Assembly (NCBI GenBank): GCA_030650425.1 | Contig: JAUSED010000003.1 | Coordinates: 71,903 to 135,902, forward strand | Length of the DNA stretch: 64,000 nt | Direction of reading: 5' to 3' | Source: Candidatus Omnitrophota bacterium | Lineage (GTDB): Bacteria > Omnitrophota > Gorgyraeia > Gygaellales > Profunditerraquicolaceae | In this document: positions 55,463 through 64,000 of the stretch, in pieces | Numbering within the stretch: position 1 is the stretch's first letter | Layout: each line of letters starts with the position of its first letter | Notes under the pieces: generated by a model | Seen by the model: the letters and a program-made list of their open reading frames with translations, nothing else | The model's database searches: none | What the model was told of the DNA's origin: nothing | Made by a program: the position numbers and the translations under genes

Positions 55463-56082
55463 TGCGGCTACCCAAGGTAAGAGAATTAAAAGAGGCAATA
55501 AAATCGTTATTTAGTCCGGCTTACACCAGCGATTTTCCGCGTAAGCCGCATATTCCCTACGAGCGGTTCCGGGGAAGGCCATACTTTCACGAAGAGGATT
55601 GCACAGGCTGCACTGCCTGCGCTCAGGTCTGCCCGGCTAAGGCAATCGAGATCAATGATGAGATAAAAGGAGCTCTGGCTAAAAGAAAGTTGACTGTGCA
55701 TTGGGACATTTGCATATTTTGCGGGCAATGCCAGGCGAATTGCCTGACTGCAAAGGGCATCATGCTTTCGCGGGAGTTTGATTTAGCCACGACGGAAAAG
55801 AGGGAGGACTTAAAGCAGACAATCGAGAAAGAATTTGTGCTTTGCGAATCTTGCGCTGAGCCGATTGTTCCTTATGATCAATACGTCTGGGTAGCTAAAA
55901 AATTAGGCCCGTTATCTTTTACTAACGCGTCGCTATTATTGTTTTATCTAAGAAGCATCGGGTTGGCCTTAAAAGAAAGGATCCACCCCGGTCCCGGCAG
56001 TAAACCCGCGGCAATCAACCGCTCCACGCGCATCAAGACCCTTTGTCCCCGCTGCCGGCGCGAGGCAGTGCTTAAATCATAA
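55462..56082 (+). CDS. NuoI/HycF-like 2x[4Fe-4S] subunit
   Basis: FRGRP, CTGCTACAQVCP, CIFCGQCQANC, CESC...CPRC. Confidence 0.9.
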   Translation: MRLPKVRELKEAIKSLFSPAYTSDFPRKPHIPYERFRGRPYFHEEDCTGCTACAQVCPAKAIEINDEIKGALAKRKLTVHWDICIFCGQCQANCLTAKGIMLSREFDLATTEKREDLKQTIEKEFVLCESCAEPIVPYDQYVWVAKKLGPLSFTNASLLLFYLRSIGLALKERIHPGPGSKPAAINRSTRIKTLCPRCRREAVLKS

Positions 56083-56086
56083 AAAT

Positions 56087-57283
56087 ATGTTTTCATCTTT
56101 ACAGGTTAGAAACTTCCGCGTTTATTGGTTTGGGATGTTTGTTTCGCTCATCGGCACCTGGATCCAGCAGGTAGCCCAGAGTTGGCTGGTTTTTGAGCTT
56201 ACTAATTCAGCTTTCCTGCTGGGAGTGGTTGGATTTTTAGGCTCTATCCCCATATTCTTCCTTTCATTATTCGGAGGTGTCTTAGCCGACCGCCTGAACA
56301 AAAGAAATATCCTTATTCTGACGCAAAGTATCTTTATGCTTTTGGCATTCGCGTTAGCTATTCTTACCCAGACTAAATTCATTACTCCAGCTCAAATTAT
56401 GCTTATCGCTCTGCTTAACGGTGCCGTCATGGCTTTTGACGCGCCTACCCGACAGGCAATGGTGGTGGAGTTGGTTGGTAAAACCCATTTATTTAATGCT
56501 ATCGCTTTAAATTCCATCTCTTTTAATTCTTCGCGGATTATCGGCCCGGCCATCGCAGGAATATTAGTGGCAAGTACCGGGATGAGCGGATGTTTCTATA
56601 TCAACGCGATAAGTTTCTTAGCGGTAATCATCGCCCTCTGGACGATTAAAATTAATCAAGGTGAAAATACCAGTAAATCCAAAAGCGCTTATGAAGATTT
56701 AAAGGAAGGGCTTATTTTTATTAAGAATCACCGTTTGATATTAGCTTTAATTTCGATGGTCGCGGTAGTCAGCCTTTTCGGGGTGGCCCATATTATACTG
56801 ATGCCTATATTCGCCAATGATATCCTTAAGGTGGGAGTGAAAGGTTTAGCCACTTTGATGTCTGTCTCGGGAGCCGGAGCGCTCGTCGGAGCGCTGATCT
56901 TGGCCCGGCTGGGAGATTTTAAATTTAAAGGCAAACTATTATCTTTTTCGAATTTGTTATTCTCCGTATCTTTGGTGATTTTCTCTCTCTCCAAAATATA
57001 TTGGCTGTCGTTAGTTACCTTATTTTTTGTCGGAGGGGCAAGCGTAACTTCCATTGCCGTAGTAAATACGATCTTGCAGATCAGGGTTGAAGATAAATTT
57101 AGAGGCAGGGTAATGAGCGTATTTATGGTTACCTTTGCCGGCTTTATGCCTTTCGGAAATTTGATTGCCGGAAGCCTTGCCCAAGGCTTGGGTGTATCTT
57201 TTGCGGTTATGCTCGGTGGACTCATCTGTACCGCATTTTTCCTGACGGTGAACATTTTGTTCCCTAAAATTAGAGAGATTTGA
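56087..57283 (+). CDS. MFS transporter (EntS/DHA3-like)
   Basis: RNFRVYW, GTWIQ, GGVLADR, FDAPTRQA, RGRVMS. Confidence 0.9.
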   Translation: MFSSLQVRNFRVYWFGMFVSLIGTWIQQVAQSWLVFELTNSAFLLGVVGFLGSIPIFFLSLFGGVLADRLNKRNILILTQSIFMLLAFALAILTQTKFITPAQIMLIALLNGAVMAFDAPTRQAMVVELVGKTHLFNAIALNSISFNSSRIIGPAIAGILVASTGMSGCFYINAISFLAVIIALWTIKINQGENTSKSKSAYEDLKEGLIFIKNHRLILALISMVAVVSLFGVAHIILMPIFANDILKVGVKGLATLMSVSGAGALVGALILARLGDFKFKGKLLSFSNLLFSVSLVIFSLSKIYWLSLVTLFFVGGASVTSIAVVNTILQIRVEDKFRGRVMSVFMVTFAGFMPFGNLIAGSLAQGLGVSFAVMLGGLICTAFFLTVNILFPKIREI

Positions 57284-57347
57284 TAAAAAGGGTTGCTTTT
57301 TTTAGAGAATTTGCTAAAATTAAATTAACCAATAAGGAGGTGAGTAA

Positions 57348-57809
57348 ATGAGGAAATTCGGATTTATTGTTTTAGTTTTCGCGCTTGGAATCTATCTTGT
57401 TGGATGCGGTAATAAACAGCAGACATTAGAAGAGATGCAGCAGCCGATGTCTATGGAGACGCTCTCCACCATGTCTACGACTACTCCAGCTGCTCCCGAG
57501 GTAAAAATAGAGAGCAGCGCCCCTGAAGCTAAAGTTGAGGTAGCGCCGGCAGTGAGTAAAGCGGTAAAATTAGAGTCATTACCTCCGGCTGGCCCTTATA
57601 AACCCGCAGCCACAGAAATCCAGAGAGCGCTTAAAAACGCTGGGTTCTATACCGGAGCAATAGACGGTAAGATCGGAGCCAAGACTAAGAAGGCAATCGC
57701 AGCCTTCCAGAAGGCAAACGGCCTGACCGGAGACGGTAAAGTCGGACCAAAAACTTGGGGGGCGTTAAGCAAATATCTTAATCCAGAAGCAGCGCCTAAG
57801 GCCAGATAA
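57348..57809 (+). CDS. Lipoprotein with peptidoglycan-binding domain
   Basis: Lipobox LVGC. IQRALKNAGFY.G.IDGKIG.KT..AI..FQ...GL..DG.VGPKTW. Confidence 0.9.
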   Translation: MRKFGFIVLVFALGIYLVGCGNKQQTLEEMQQPMSMETLSTMSTTTPAAPEVKIESSAPEAKVEVAPAVSKAVKLESLPPAGPYKPAATEIQRALKNAGFYTGAIDGKIGAKTKKAIAAFQKANGLTGDGKVGPKTWGALSKYLNPEAAPKAR

Positions 57810-57837
57810 ATTTATCTTCACAGTCTTAAATAGAATA

Positions 57838-57871
57838 AAGGGACCGTTTCCCTGAAGGGAAACGGTCCCTT
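57838..57871. repeat. GGGACCGTTTCC-type palindrome, likely terminator
   Basis: AAGGGACCGTTTCCCT-ga-AGGGAAACGGTCCCTT followed by a T-rich tract. Confidence 0.8.
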
Positions 57872-57904
57872 GTTTGTTTTATTTTTGATGTTATAATAGT
57901 GGCA

Positions 57905-59083
57905 ATGATTGAATTTCCTAAAGATTTTTTCTGGGGCGCGGCTACTTCCGCTTATCAGGTTGAAGGAGATAACCTGTCCAGCGACTGGTGGGAGTGGGAG
58001 AAGCGTGTTAATGTTAAAGAGCCTTCCGGGAAAGCAGCCCGCCACTACGAGTTTTACGCCCAGGATTTTGACCTGGCCAAAGAGTTAAACCAGAATTGCC
58101 ACCGCTTATCCATCGAATGGGCGCGCATTGAACCCGAAGAAGGAAAATTCTCGACAAGAGAATTGGAGCATTATCAGCAGGTAATTTTAAGCCTGAAAGA
58201 GCGCTCGCTTATCCCGATCGTTACCCTGCATCATTTTACCAACCCTCTCTGGTTTGCCAAGTTAGGCGGCTGGCGCAATAAGCAGGCAGGTAGTTATTTC
58301 TTGCGTTATGTTGAAAAGGTGGTGAGCGAATTAGCCGGGGATGTACCTTTTTGGGTGACTATTAATGAGCCGATGGTCTATACCTATTTTTCTTATCTTT
58401 TAGGTACTTGGCCGCCGCAGGATAAATCGCTTTTACATTCCCGCCAGGTGACTAACAACCTAGTTAATGCCCACATCAAGGCCTACCATTTAATCCGCGC
58501 TATCTACAAAAAACATAATTTAACGTATCCCAAAATCAGCATTGCCCAGAATATGCAGGCGTTTGTCCCGTGTCCGCCCAGTTTAAAGAACAAACTCGCC
58601 GCTTACTTGAGGCATAAATTTTATAATCTTGAATTCATCGAGCGGTTAATAGCCAAGTCTACGCTTGATTTTATCGGGATGAATTATTATAGCCCAAGCT
58701 GGGTGGGAAGAGGCGAACACCTGCCCTTAAAGAAAAATACAATGGGCTGGGATATCTATCCTCAAGGCCTCTATGATTTATTGGTTAGCCTTAAAATTTA
58801 TAAGCTGCCTCTATTTATCCTAGAGAACGGTATTTGCGCTGATAACGATGCTTTAAGGTGGGATTATATCCGTGAACATCTTGAAAGCGTGAGTAAGGCT
58901 ATGCTGCACGGAGCAAAGATAATGGGTTACATCTATTGGTCTTTGCTTGATAATTATGAATGGGATAAAGGGTTTGGCCCGCGTTTTGGCTTGATCGAAG
59001 TGGATTATCATAGTTATAAGCGTTACGTAAGAGAGAGCAGCCGTAAATTCGCCGAGGTCTGTAAAACCGGAAGATTATCATGA
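57905..59083 (+). CDS. Glycoside hydrolase family 1
   Basis: FFWGAATSAYQVEG, TINEP acid/base, ILENG nucleophile, WSLLDNYEW. Confidence 0.93.
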   Translation: MIEFPKDFFWGAATSAYQVEGDNLSSDWWEWEKRVNVKEPSGKAARHYEFYAQDFDLAKELNQNCHRLSIEWARIEPEEGKFSTRELEHYQQVILSLKERSLIPIVTLHHFTNPLWFAKLGGWRNKQAGSYFLRYVEKVVSELAGDVPFWVTINEPMVYTYFSYLLGTWPPQDKSLLHSRQVTNNLVNAHIKAYHLIRAIYKKHNLTYPKISIAQNMQAFVPCPPSLKNKLAAYLRHKFYNLEFIERLIAKSTLDFIGMNYYSPSWVGRGEHLPLKKNTMGWDIYPQGLYDLLVSLKIYKLPLFILENGICADNDALRWDYIREHLESVSKAMLHGAKIMGYIYWSLLDNYEWDKGFGPRFGLIEVDYHSYKRYVRESSRKFAEVCKTGRLS

Positions 59084-61098
59084 TTGACGCGCTTGAAAAA
59101 GATCTGATTATCCGGGAATTTCCTCTATTCGCGGATTTATCAGCCAGAGAACGCAAGATTATTAATGAGCATTCCAGTATTATTTCTTTTAAGAAGGGCG
59201 AGATTATCTATAGGGAGGCTTCTACCCCAAGCGGTTTTTACTGCCTGGTTATAGGCAGGGTGATGATTTATGTTCAGGATAATCAGGGTACTCAAAAGAT
59301 CCTCGAATATTTACACCGCGGAAAATATTTCGGGATCATTTCTTTGCTTACCAACGAACATCATTCGGTTACCGCTCAGGCAACTAATGATTGTGTGATT
59401 CTGGTAGTAAATAGAGAAGACTTTGATTTAGTACTCAATAAAATTCCGCGCCTGGCGATTGATTTAAGCCGGACCCTTTCGCGAAGGTTAAGGCATAAGG
59501 ATGCGCATCAAAAAACCATCTTTGAAAGCACGGTTGTTTCAGTATTCAGTTCGTATTCTCAGGCCGGAAAAACGATCTATGCCTTAAATTTAAGCTTAAG
59601 TTTAAAGAAAGAGACGCGTAAGTCCGTCATTATTCTGGATATCCTTTCAACCGACAAAACCCATACCCTTCCCGCCAGGCTTGAGTTGGAAACGGGGAAA
59701 ATATTTGATCTTTCCAAAAGCTCAGCGGATAACGCCAAGTCAGCCAAGGATTTTATACTCAAAAGCAATTTCGGCATAGATTTACTCTGTTTTCATTACA
59801 GCCCGGAGGATAACCTATGCGTAAGCAGGTTATTAGGGATTTTAAGCTGGCTGGTCAATGATTATCACTTCATTATTTTGGATTTACCATCCATCTTGGA
59901 CAAAAATATTTTCAGTATCCTTAATCAATCTGATTTTATTCATTTACTAAGCGGCCCCGGAGAAGAAGAGCTCAAGAAGACGCATATTTTGACGCAAGGG
60001 TTAAAGGATGAATTTAATTTTCAGGAAGAAAAGATCAAAATCATCATCAATGAGTATAAACTTTCCAAGATTACCCCTGTAGAGCAGGCGCGGATTTTAG
60101 ACAGGAATGTTTTTGCTACCTTGCCTAGAATCGAACCCGGCATACCTGACAGGCTGATTTTGGATAATCCGGAGAGCGAGTATGCTAAGGCAATCAGGCG
60201 TATCTCCCGTTACGTAGGTGAAAGTATGGTGGGTTTGGTTTTGGGTGTCGGCGTAGGCTATGGCTTTTGTCACGTAGGAGTATTGAAGGTGATTGAGGAG
60301 GAAAGAATACCGATAGATATTATTGCCGGTTCCAGTATCGGCGCGCTGATTGCCAGCCTCTGGGCAATCGGTAAGTCGAGCTCAGAGATATTGGAGATTA
60401 CCAAAGATTTTAAAGAGCCCAAACACATCTGGGGTTTAATCGACTTGACTTTTCCGCATTTAGGGTTTATTAAGGGGAATAAACTATATAAATTTTTGAG
60501 TAAACATTTAGGAGAAAAGACGTTTTATGATACCCGGCTCCCCTTAAAGATTATTGCCAGCGACGTAAAAAGAAAAGAGCCGCGCGTCTTGGATCAAGGC
60601 CTGCTGGTAGACGCGATTATGGCCAGCTGCGCTATGCCGGGGGTATTCGCGCCTTTTAAATTTAGGGAAGATCTGCTTTTTGACGGAGGGGTGATTAATC
60701 CTCTACCCACGGAGCCGCTCTTTAAAATGGGGGTAAAAAAGATTATCGCGGTCAATGTCACGCCTTCGCGGCAGGACATCTTAAATCAGTATGAAAAGAT
60801 TAAGCAAGGGCTTAAAACCAATATCTCCGAGGTAATAAAGAAGAGGGCTTGGTTTGACTTCGGCAGGTATCTTAGGGATGCCTTTAAAACAAATATACTT
60901 GACATTATCTTTAGTAGTGTTGAAATATTACAGTCTGAGGTAGCCCAGAAAGAGGAGCTTTTAGCGGATGTGGTCCTGCATCCGGATACCTCTGGCTTAT
61001 ATTGGCTTGAGCTGCATAAGGCGGCTGAATTTGCCAAAAGAGGCGAGATTGAGGCACGCAAGAATTTGGATAAAATAAAACAGCTTATTAATGAATGA
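59080..61098 (+). CDS. cNMP-binding + MinD/CpaE-like + patatin phospholipase fusion
   Basis: GKYFGIISLL..HSVTAQA (cNMP). SSYSQAGKT and IILDLP (P-loop-like). GSSIG and DGG (patatin). Confidence 0.85.
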   Translation: MIDALEKDLIIREFPLFADLSARERKIINEHSSIISFKKGEIIYREASTPSGFYCLVIGRVMIYVQDNQGTQKILEYLHRGKYFGIISLLTNEHHSVTAQATNDCVILVVNREDFDLVLNKIPRLAIDLSRTLSRRLRHKDAHQKTIFESTVVSVFSSYSQAGKTIYALNLSLSLKKETRKSVIILDILSTDKTHTLPARLELETGKIFDLSKSSADNAKSAKDFILKSNFGIDLLCFHYSPEDNLCVSRLLGILSWLVNDYHFIILDLPSILDKNIFSILNQSDFIHLLSGPGEEELKKTHILTQGLKDEFNFQEEKIKIIINEYKLSKITPVEQARILDRNVFATLPRIEPGIPDRLILDNPESEYAKAIRRISRYVGESMVGLVLGVGVGYGFCHVGVLKVIEEERIPIDIIAGSSIGALIASLWAIGKSSSEILEITKDFKEPKHIWGLIDLTFPHLGFIKGNKLYKFLSKHLGEKTFYDTRLPLKIIASDVKRKEPRVLDQGLLVDAIMASCAMPGVFAPFKFREDLLFDGGVINPLPTEPLFKMGVKKIIAVNVTPSRQDILNQYEKIKQGLKTNISEVIKKRAWFDFGRYLRDAFKTNILDIIFSSVEILQSEVAQKEELLADVVLHPDTSGLYWLELHKAAEFAKRGEIEARKNLDKIKQLINE

Positions 61099-61149
61099 CA
61101 CCCGGCCTTATCAGATTAGGCCGGTGCGCATTTACTGTGCAAGGAGGGG

Positions 61150-61599
61150 ATGATGTACATGCTGTATACTTTTTTATTTCTCACTATTCTTCTTTCGGGT
61201 TGCGCCCAAACCAAAGAAGTTTGTAAGGGGGTGCTTGGGGTTTCTACCGAGGTCCTTGAGGACGGCCGTAAAGAGGCGATCAAAAAAGAATTTAACTATG
61301 ACTTAATCACCTGCCATAATAAAATAAGGTCAATATTAAAAATCGCCGGTTCTTATATCTACTGCGATGATTTGCAAAAAGACATACTCGCATTGTATAT
61401 TTCCGGTGAAGATACGACTCCGGTAGGGATATTTTTGACAGAGACAGGTAAAGAGAAAACGCTTGTAGAAGTTTCCAGCCCCAGTATTTACGGCAAAGAG
61501 TCAATCTCTAAGCTGGTTTTTGAAGGTTTGGCCGGAAACCTGGATCCTGCGTTAAAGAAAGGACTAACTGATGCGGATAAAGCCAAAAAAGAGTATTAA
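61150..61599 (+). CDS. Hypothetical lipoprotein
   Basis: AAGGAGG SD, lipobox LSGC. Confidence 0.7.
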   Translation: MMYMLYTFLFLTILLSGCAQTKEVCKGVLGVSTEVLEDGRKEAIKKEFNYDLITCHNKIRSILKIAGSYIYCDDLQKDILALYISGEDTTPVGIFLTETGKEKTLVEVSSPSIYGKESISKLVFEGLAGNLDPALKKGLTDADKAKKEY

Positions 61600-61882
61600 T
61601 AATTTTATCCGGGAGTGCCACAAGGTAGCCAAATCTAAGGGCTGGTGGCTGGATATCCGTAATGATGGAGAGTTGATTGCCCTGATGCACTCGGAATTAT
61701 CTGAGGCGCTGGAAGCAATGCGTAAGGGCGGTAAGAAGGAAGAGCTGGCTGAAGAACTAGCGGATTGTTGTATCCGTATCTTTGATTATTGCGGGGCAAG
61801 AAAAATAGATTTGGAAAAGGCGCTGGTCAAAAAAATAGAATACAATAAGGGCCGGCCCTACAGGCATGGAAAAAAGTTTTAA
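61571..61882 (+). CDS. MazG-like nucleotide pyrophosphohydrolase
   Basis: LMHSELSEALE, EELADCCIRIFD, KIEYNKGRPYRHGK. Confidence 0.85.
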   Translation: MRIKPKKSINNFIRECHKVAKSKGWWLDIRNDGELIALMHSELSEALEAMRKGGKKEELAEELADCCIRIFDYCGARKIDLEKALVKKIEYNKGRPYRHGKKF

Positions 61883-62324
61883 ATTAGATCTATCCGGTAA
61901 AGTCGTCATCTTGGGTATCGGAAATACCTTGCGCAGCGACGATGGAGTAGGCTCGATCTTAGTAACGCGGATCCAGGGTAAGGTGCCGTATATTGTCTAT
62001 GATGGAAGCTTGAGCCCGGAAAATTACTTAGGGAAGATCATTAAAGACAAACCCGATATTATTTTACTGATCGATGCCGTTGATTTCTCCGGCCAAGCAG
62101 GAGAATTCAGGGTATTCGAAGGAGAAGATATTCAGACGGTAAATTTTTTCTCTACTCATGATGCCTCGATTAGTTTAGCGATCAGTTATTTAAAAAATAG
62201 TTTAAAAGCAGTAGATATCATGATTCTGGCTATACAACCAAAGATATTAGCCTTTGGCGATCAATTAAGTCCGGAGATAGCGAAAACATTGGAAAAATTG
62301 GAAGGGTGGTTTGTGAATGGCTAA
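61866..62324 (+). CDS. hycI: Hydrogenase maturation endopeptidase (HycI-like)
   Basis: GIGNTLRSDDGVG, PENY, IDAVDF, STH, IQP. Confidence 0.88.
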   Translation: MEKSFKLDLSGKVVILGIGNTLRSDDGVGSILVTRIQGKVPYIVYDGSLSPENYLGKIIKDKPDIILLIDAVDFSGQAGEFRVFEGEDIQTVNFFSTHDASISLAISYLKNSLKAVDIMILAIQPKILAFGDQLSPEIAKTLEKLEGWFVNG

Positions 62325-63879
62325 AACTCGGGATAGCTGGGGTTCGCGCCTGGGAATTATCATGGCGGTTGCCGGTTCAGCCATAGGTTTGGGAAATTTC
62401 TTAAGATTTCCAGCCAAGGCAGCCTCAAACGGCGGCGGCGCTTTTATGATCCCTTATTTTATCTCTTTGTTTTTATTAGGCATACCGCTGATGTGGATTG
62501 AATGGACCTTGGGCCGTTACGGCGGAGGCTTTGAGCATGGGACTGCGCCGGGAATATTTCACAGCGTTTGGCGGAAGAATCGGTTCATCAAATATTTTGG
62601 GGTAATCGGTATCTTTGGGCCGCTGGTTATCTTTATCTATTATACTTATATTGGATGCTGGACACTGGCCTATAGTTTCTTCGCGCTCTCCGGTAAGTAT
62701 CATGCAATTACCGGCCAAGCTGATATGCAGGCTTTCTTAAGAGGATTCCAGGGCCTCGAACATAACACATATTTTCAAGGTATAGGCCCGGCATATTTAT
62801 TTTTCTTAGTTACCTTTATAATTAATATCTGGGTGATTTATTTTGGGATTCGCGGCGGAATTGAAAAAATATGCAAATGGGCTTTGGGCCTGCTTTTTAT
62901 TTTTGGTTTTCTGCTGATGGCGCGCGTATTGACGCTCGGCGCGCCTAATCAGCTTAATCCCGGATGGAATGTGGCGAGCGGGATGGGTTTTCTTTGGAAC
63001 CCGGATTTTAGCGCCTTAAAATCCGCCAAGGTTTGGCTGGAGGCAGCCGGCCAGATATTCTTTACTTTAAGCGTAGGGATCGGCGTAATCCTGACCTATG
63101 CCAGTTACCTTAAAAAAGGGGATGATGTGGTTCTTTCCGGCCTGACCGCCTCCACGATGAATACATTCGCGGAAGTTATCCTCGGCGGAAGTATTGTGAT
63201 TACCGCGGCGTTTGTATTTTTCGGGCCAAGCCAAATCGGGGACATTGCCCGTTCAGGAGTTTTTAATCTTGGTTTTGTGACTATGCCGCTCGTCCTTAAT
63301 CAGCTTCCTTTATCGGAGTTGTTGGGATTTTGCTGGTTTTTTCTTTTGTTTCTGGCGGGGGTTACCTCGTCGATCTCTCTGGCGCAGCCTGCCATAGCCT
63401 TTCTGGAAGATGAATTCCAGATCAGCAGGAAGAAGGCAGTCACTATATTCGGATGCGTTGCATTCTTACTTTGCCAGCCGGCGATTTTCTTTTTAGGCCG
63501 GGGCGTGGTCGATGAACTGGATTTTTGGGGCGGGACATTCTTTTTGGTGGTTTTTGCCGCGATAGAAGTCATACTTTTTGTGTGGGTCTTTGGGATGGAA
63601 GCTGCTTGGGATGAGATACATAAGGGCGCGGATATGCGGGTGCCTAAAATCTATAAATTTATCATTAGATATATTACCCCGGCCTTTCTATTTATTATTC
63701 TTGGAATGTGGTTCGCGCAGGAGTGGCTGTCAATTATCTTGATGAAGAATGTTTCATCGGATAACCGGCCGTTTATATTGGCGACCCGGCTAGGTTTATT
63801 GGCGCTCTTTCTGACTTTGGGGGTTTTAGTTAAAATTGCCTGGAGAAAGAAGGCTAGACAGGCGCAAAGGATAGAATGA
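62317..63879 (+). CDS. Sodium-dependent transporter (NSS/SNF family)
   Basis: AGSAIGLGNFLRFP, GGGAFMIPY, AAGQIFFTLSVG, YASY. Confidence 0.93.
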   Translation: MAKTRDSWGSRLGIIMAVAGSAIGLGNFLRFPAKAASNGGGAFMIPYFISLFLLGIPLMWIEWTLGRYGGGFEHGTAPGIFHSVWRKNRFIKYFGVIGIFGPLVIFIYYTYIGCWTLAYSFFALSGKYHAITGQADMQAFLRGFQGLEHNTYFQGIGPAYLFFLVTFIINIWVIYFGIRGGIEKICKWALGLLFIFGFLLMARVLTLGAPNQLNPGWNVASGMGFLWNPDFSALKSAKVWLEAAGQIFFTLSVGIGVILTYASYLKKGDDVVLSGLTASTMNTFAEVILGGSIVITAAFVFFGPSQIGDIARSGVFNLGFVTMPLVLNQLPLSELLGFCWFFLLFLAGVTSSISLAQPAIAFLEDEFQISRKKAVTIFGCVAFLLCQPAIFFLGRGVVDELDFWGGTFFLVVFAAIEVILFVWVFGMEAAWDEIHKGADMRVPKIYKFIIRYITPAFLFIILGMWFAQEWLSIILMKNVSSDNRPFILATRLGLLALFLTLGVLVKIAWRKKARQAQRIE

Positions 63880-63980
63880 GTATAGCTGGCTGGCTATTTT
63901 TGATTATTTCCTGGGGTGGTATTATCGGCCTTTCCGTATTTTGTTTTGTCCGGATATTTTCCAAGAAAAAGCTTAAGTAA
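63876..63980 (+). CDS. 34-aa single-TM peptide, MetS-like NSS small subunit
   Basis: ATGA overlap with the transporter stop. MSIAGWLFLIISWGGIIGLSVFCFVRIFSKKKLK. Confidence 0.7.
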   Translation: MSIAGWLFLIISWGGIIGLSVFCFVRIFSKKKLK

Positions 63981-64000
63981 GCTAATCCGGATCTTATTGA

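Noticed and set aside
59080-61882. CBASS/Pycsar-type defence operon (patatin + MazG)
   Set aside because: There is no cyclase or nucleotidyltransferase nearby, and the context is housekeeping with no compositional shift evident.

Overview
A gene-dense, almost entirely + strand bacterial chromosome segment of moderate GC from a diderm anaerobe. The gene style tentatively suggests Omnitrophota/PVC, which is inference only. Housekeeping genes: a PilT/PilU-like ATPase (5' truncated), frameshifted prfB, secA, lnt, birA, mnmA and nadA. An envelope/amino-sugar-type cluster encodes a HAD phosphatase, class III aminotransferase, ureohydrolase, DegT, two half-EamA proteins and a PagL-like protein. An Rrf2-headed redox/nitrosative stress operon of about 12 kb carries hcp, rubredoxin, a Tpx-PCD fusion, fprA, ferritin-like proteins, trxB, NifU, larE and a cysteine desulfurase. 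A small Fic/retropepsin islet precedes cspA. There are two membrane-bound hydrogenase-family complexes: a Ni-less Ehr/Hyf-like operon behind an attenuator-like leader, and a group-4 [NiFe] operon with an NAD(P)H module and an embedded PhoU-domain gene. Several features are absent from the ORF track: a 26-aa ribosomal protein bL37-like gene, rubredoxin, a half-ferritin, three Cys-containing micro-peptides and a MetS-like subunit. There is also a family of nested GGGGAC-type palindromic elements and an RPE-like palindrome inserted in frame within lnt. No rRNA, tRNA, CRISPR array or transposase was seen.
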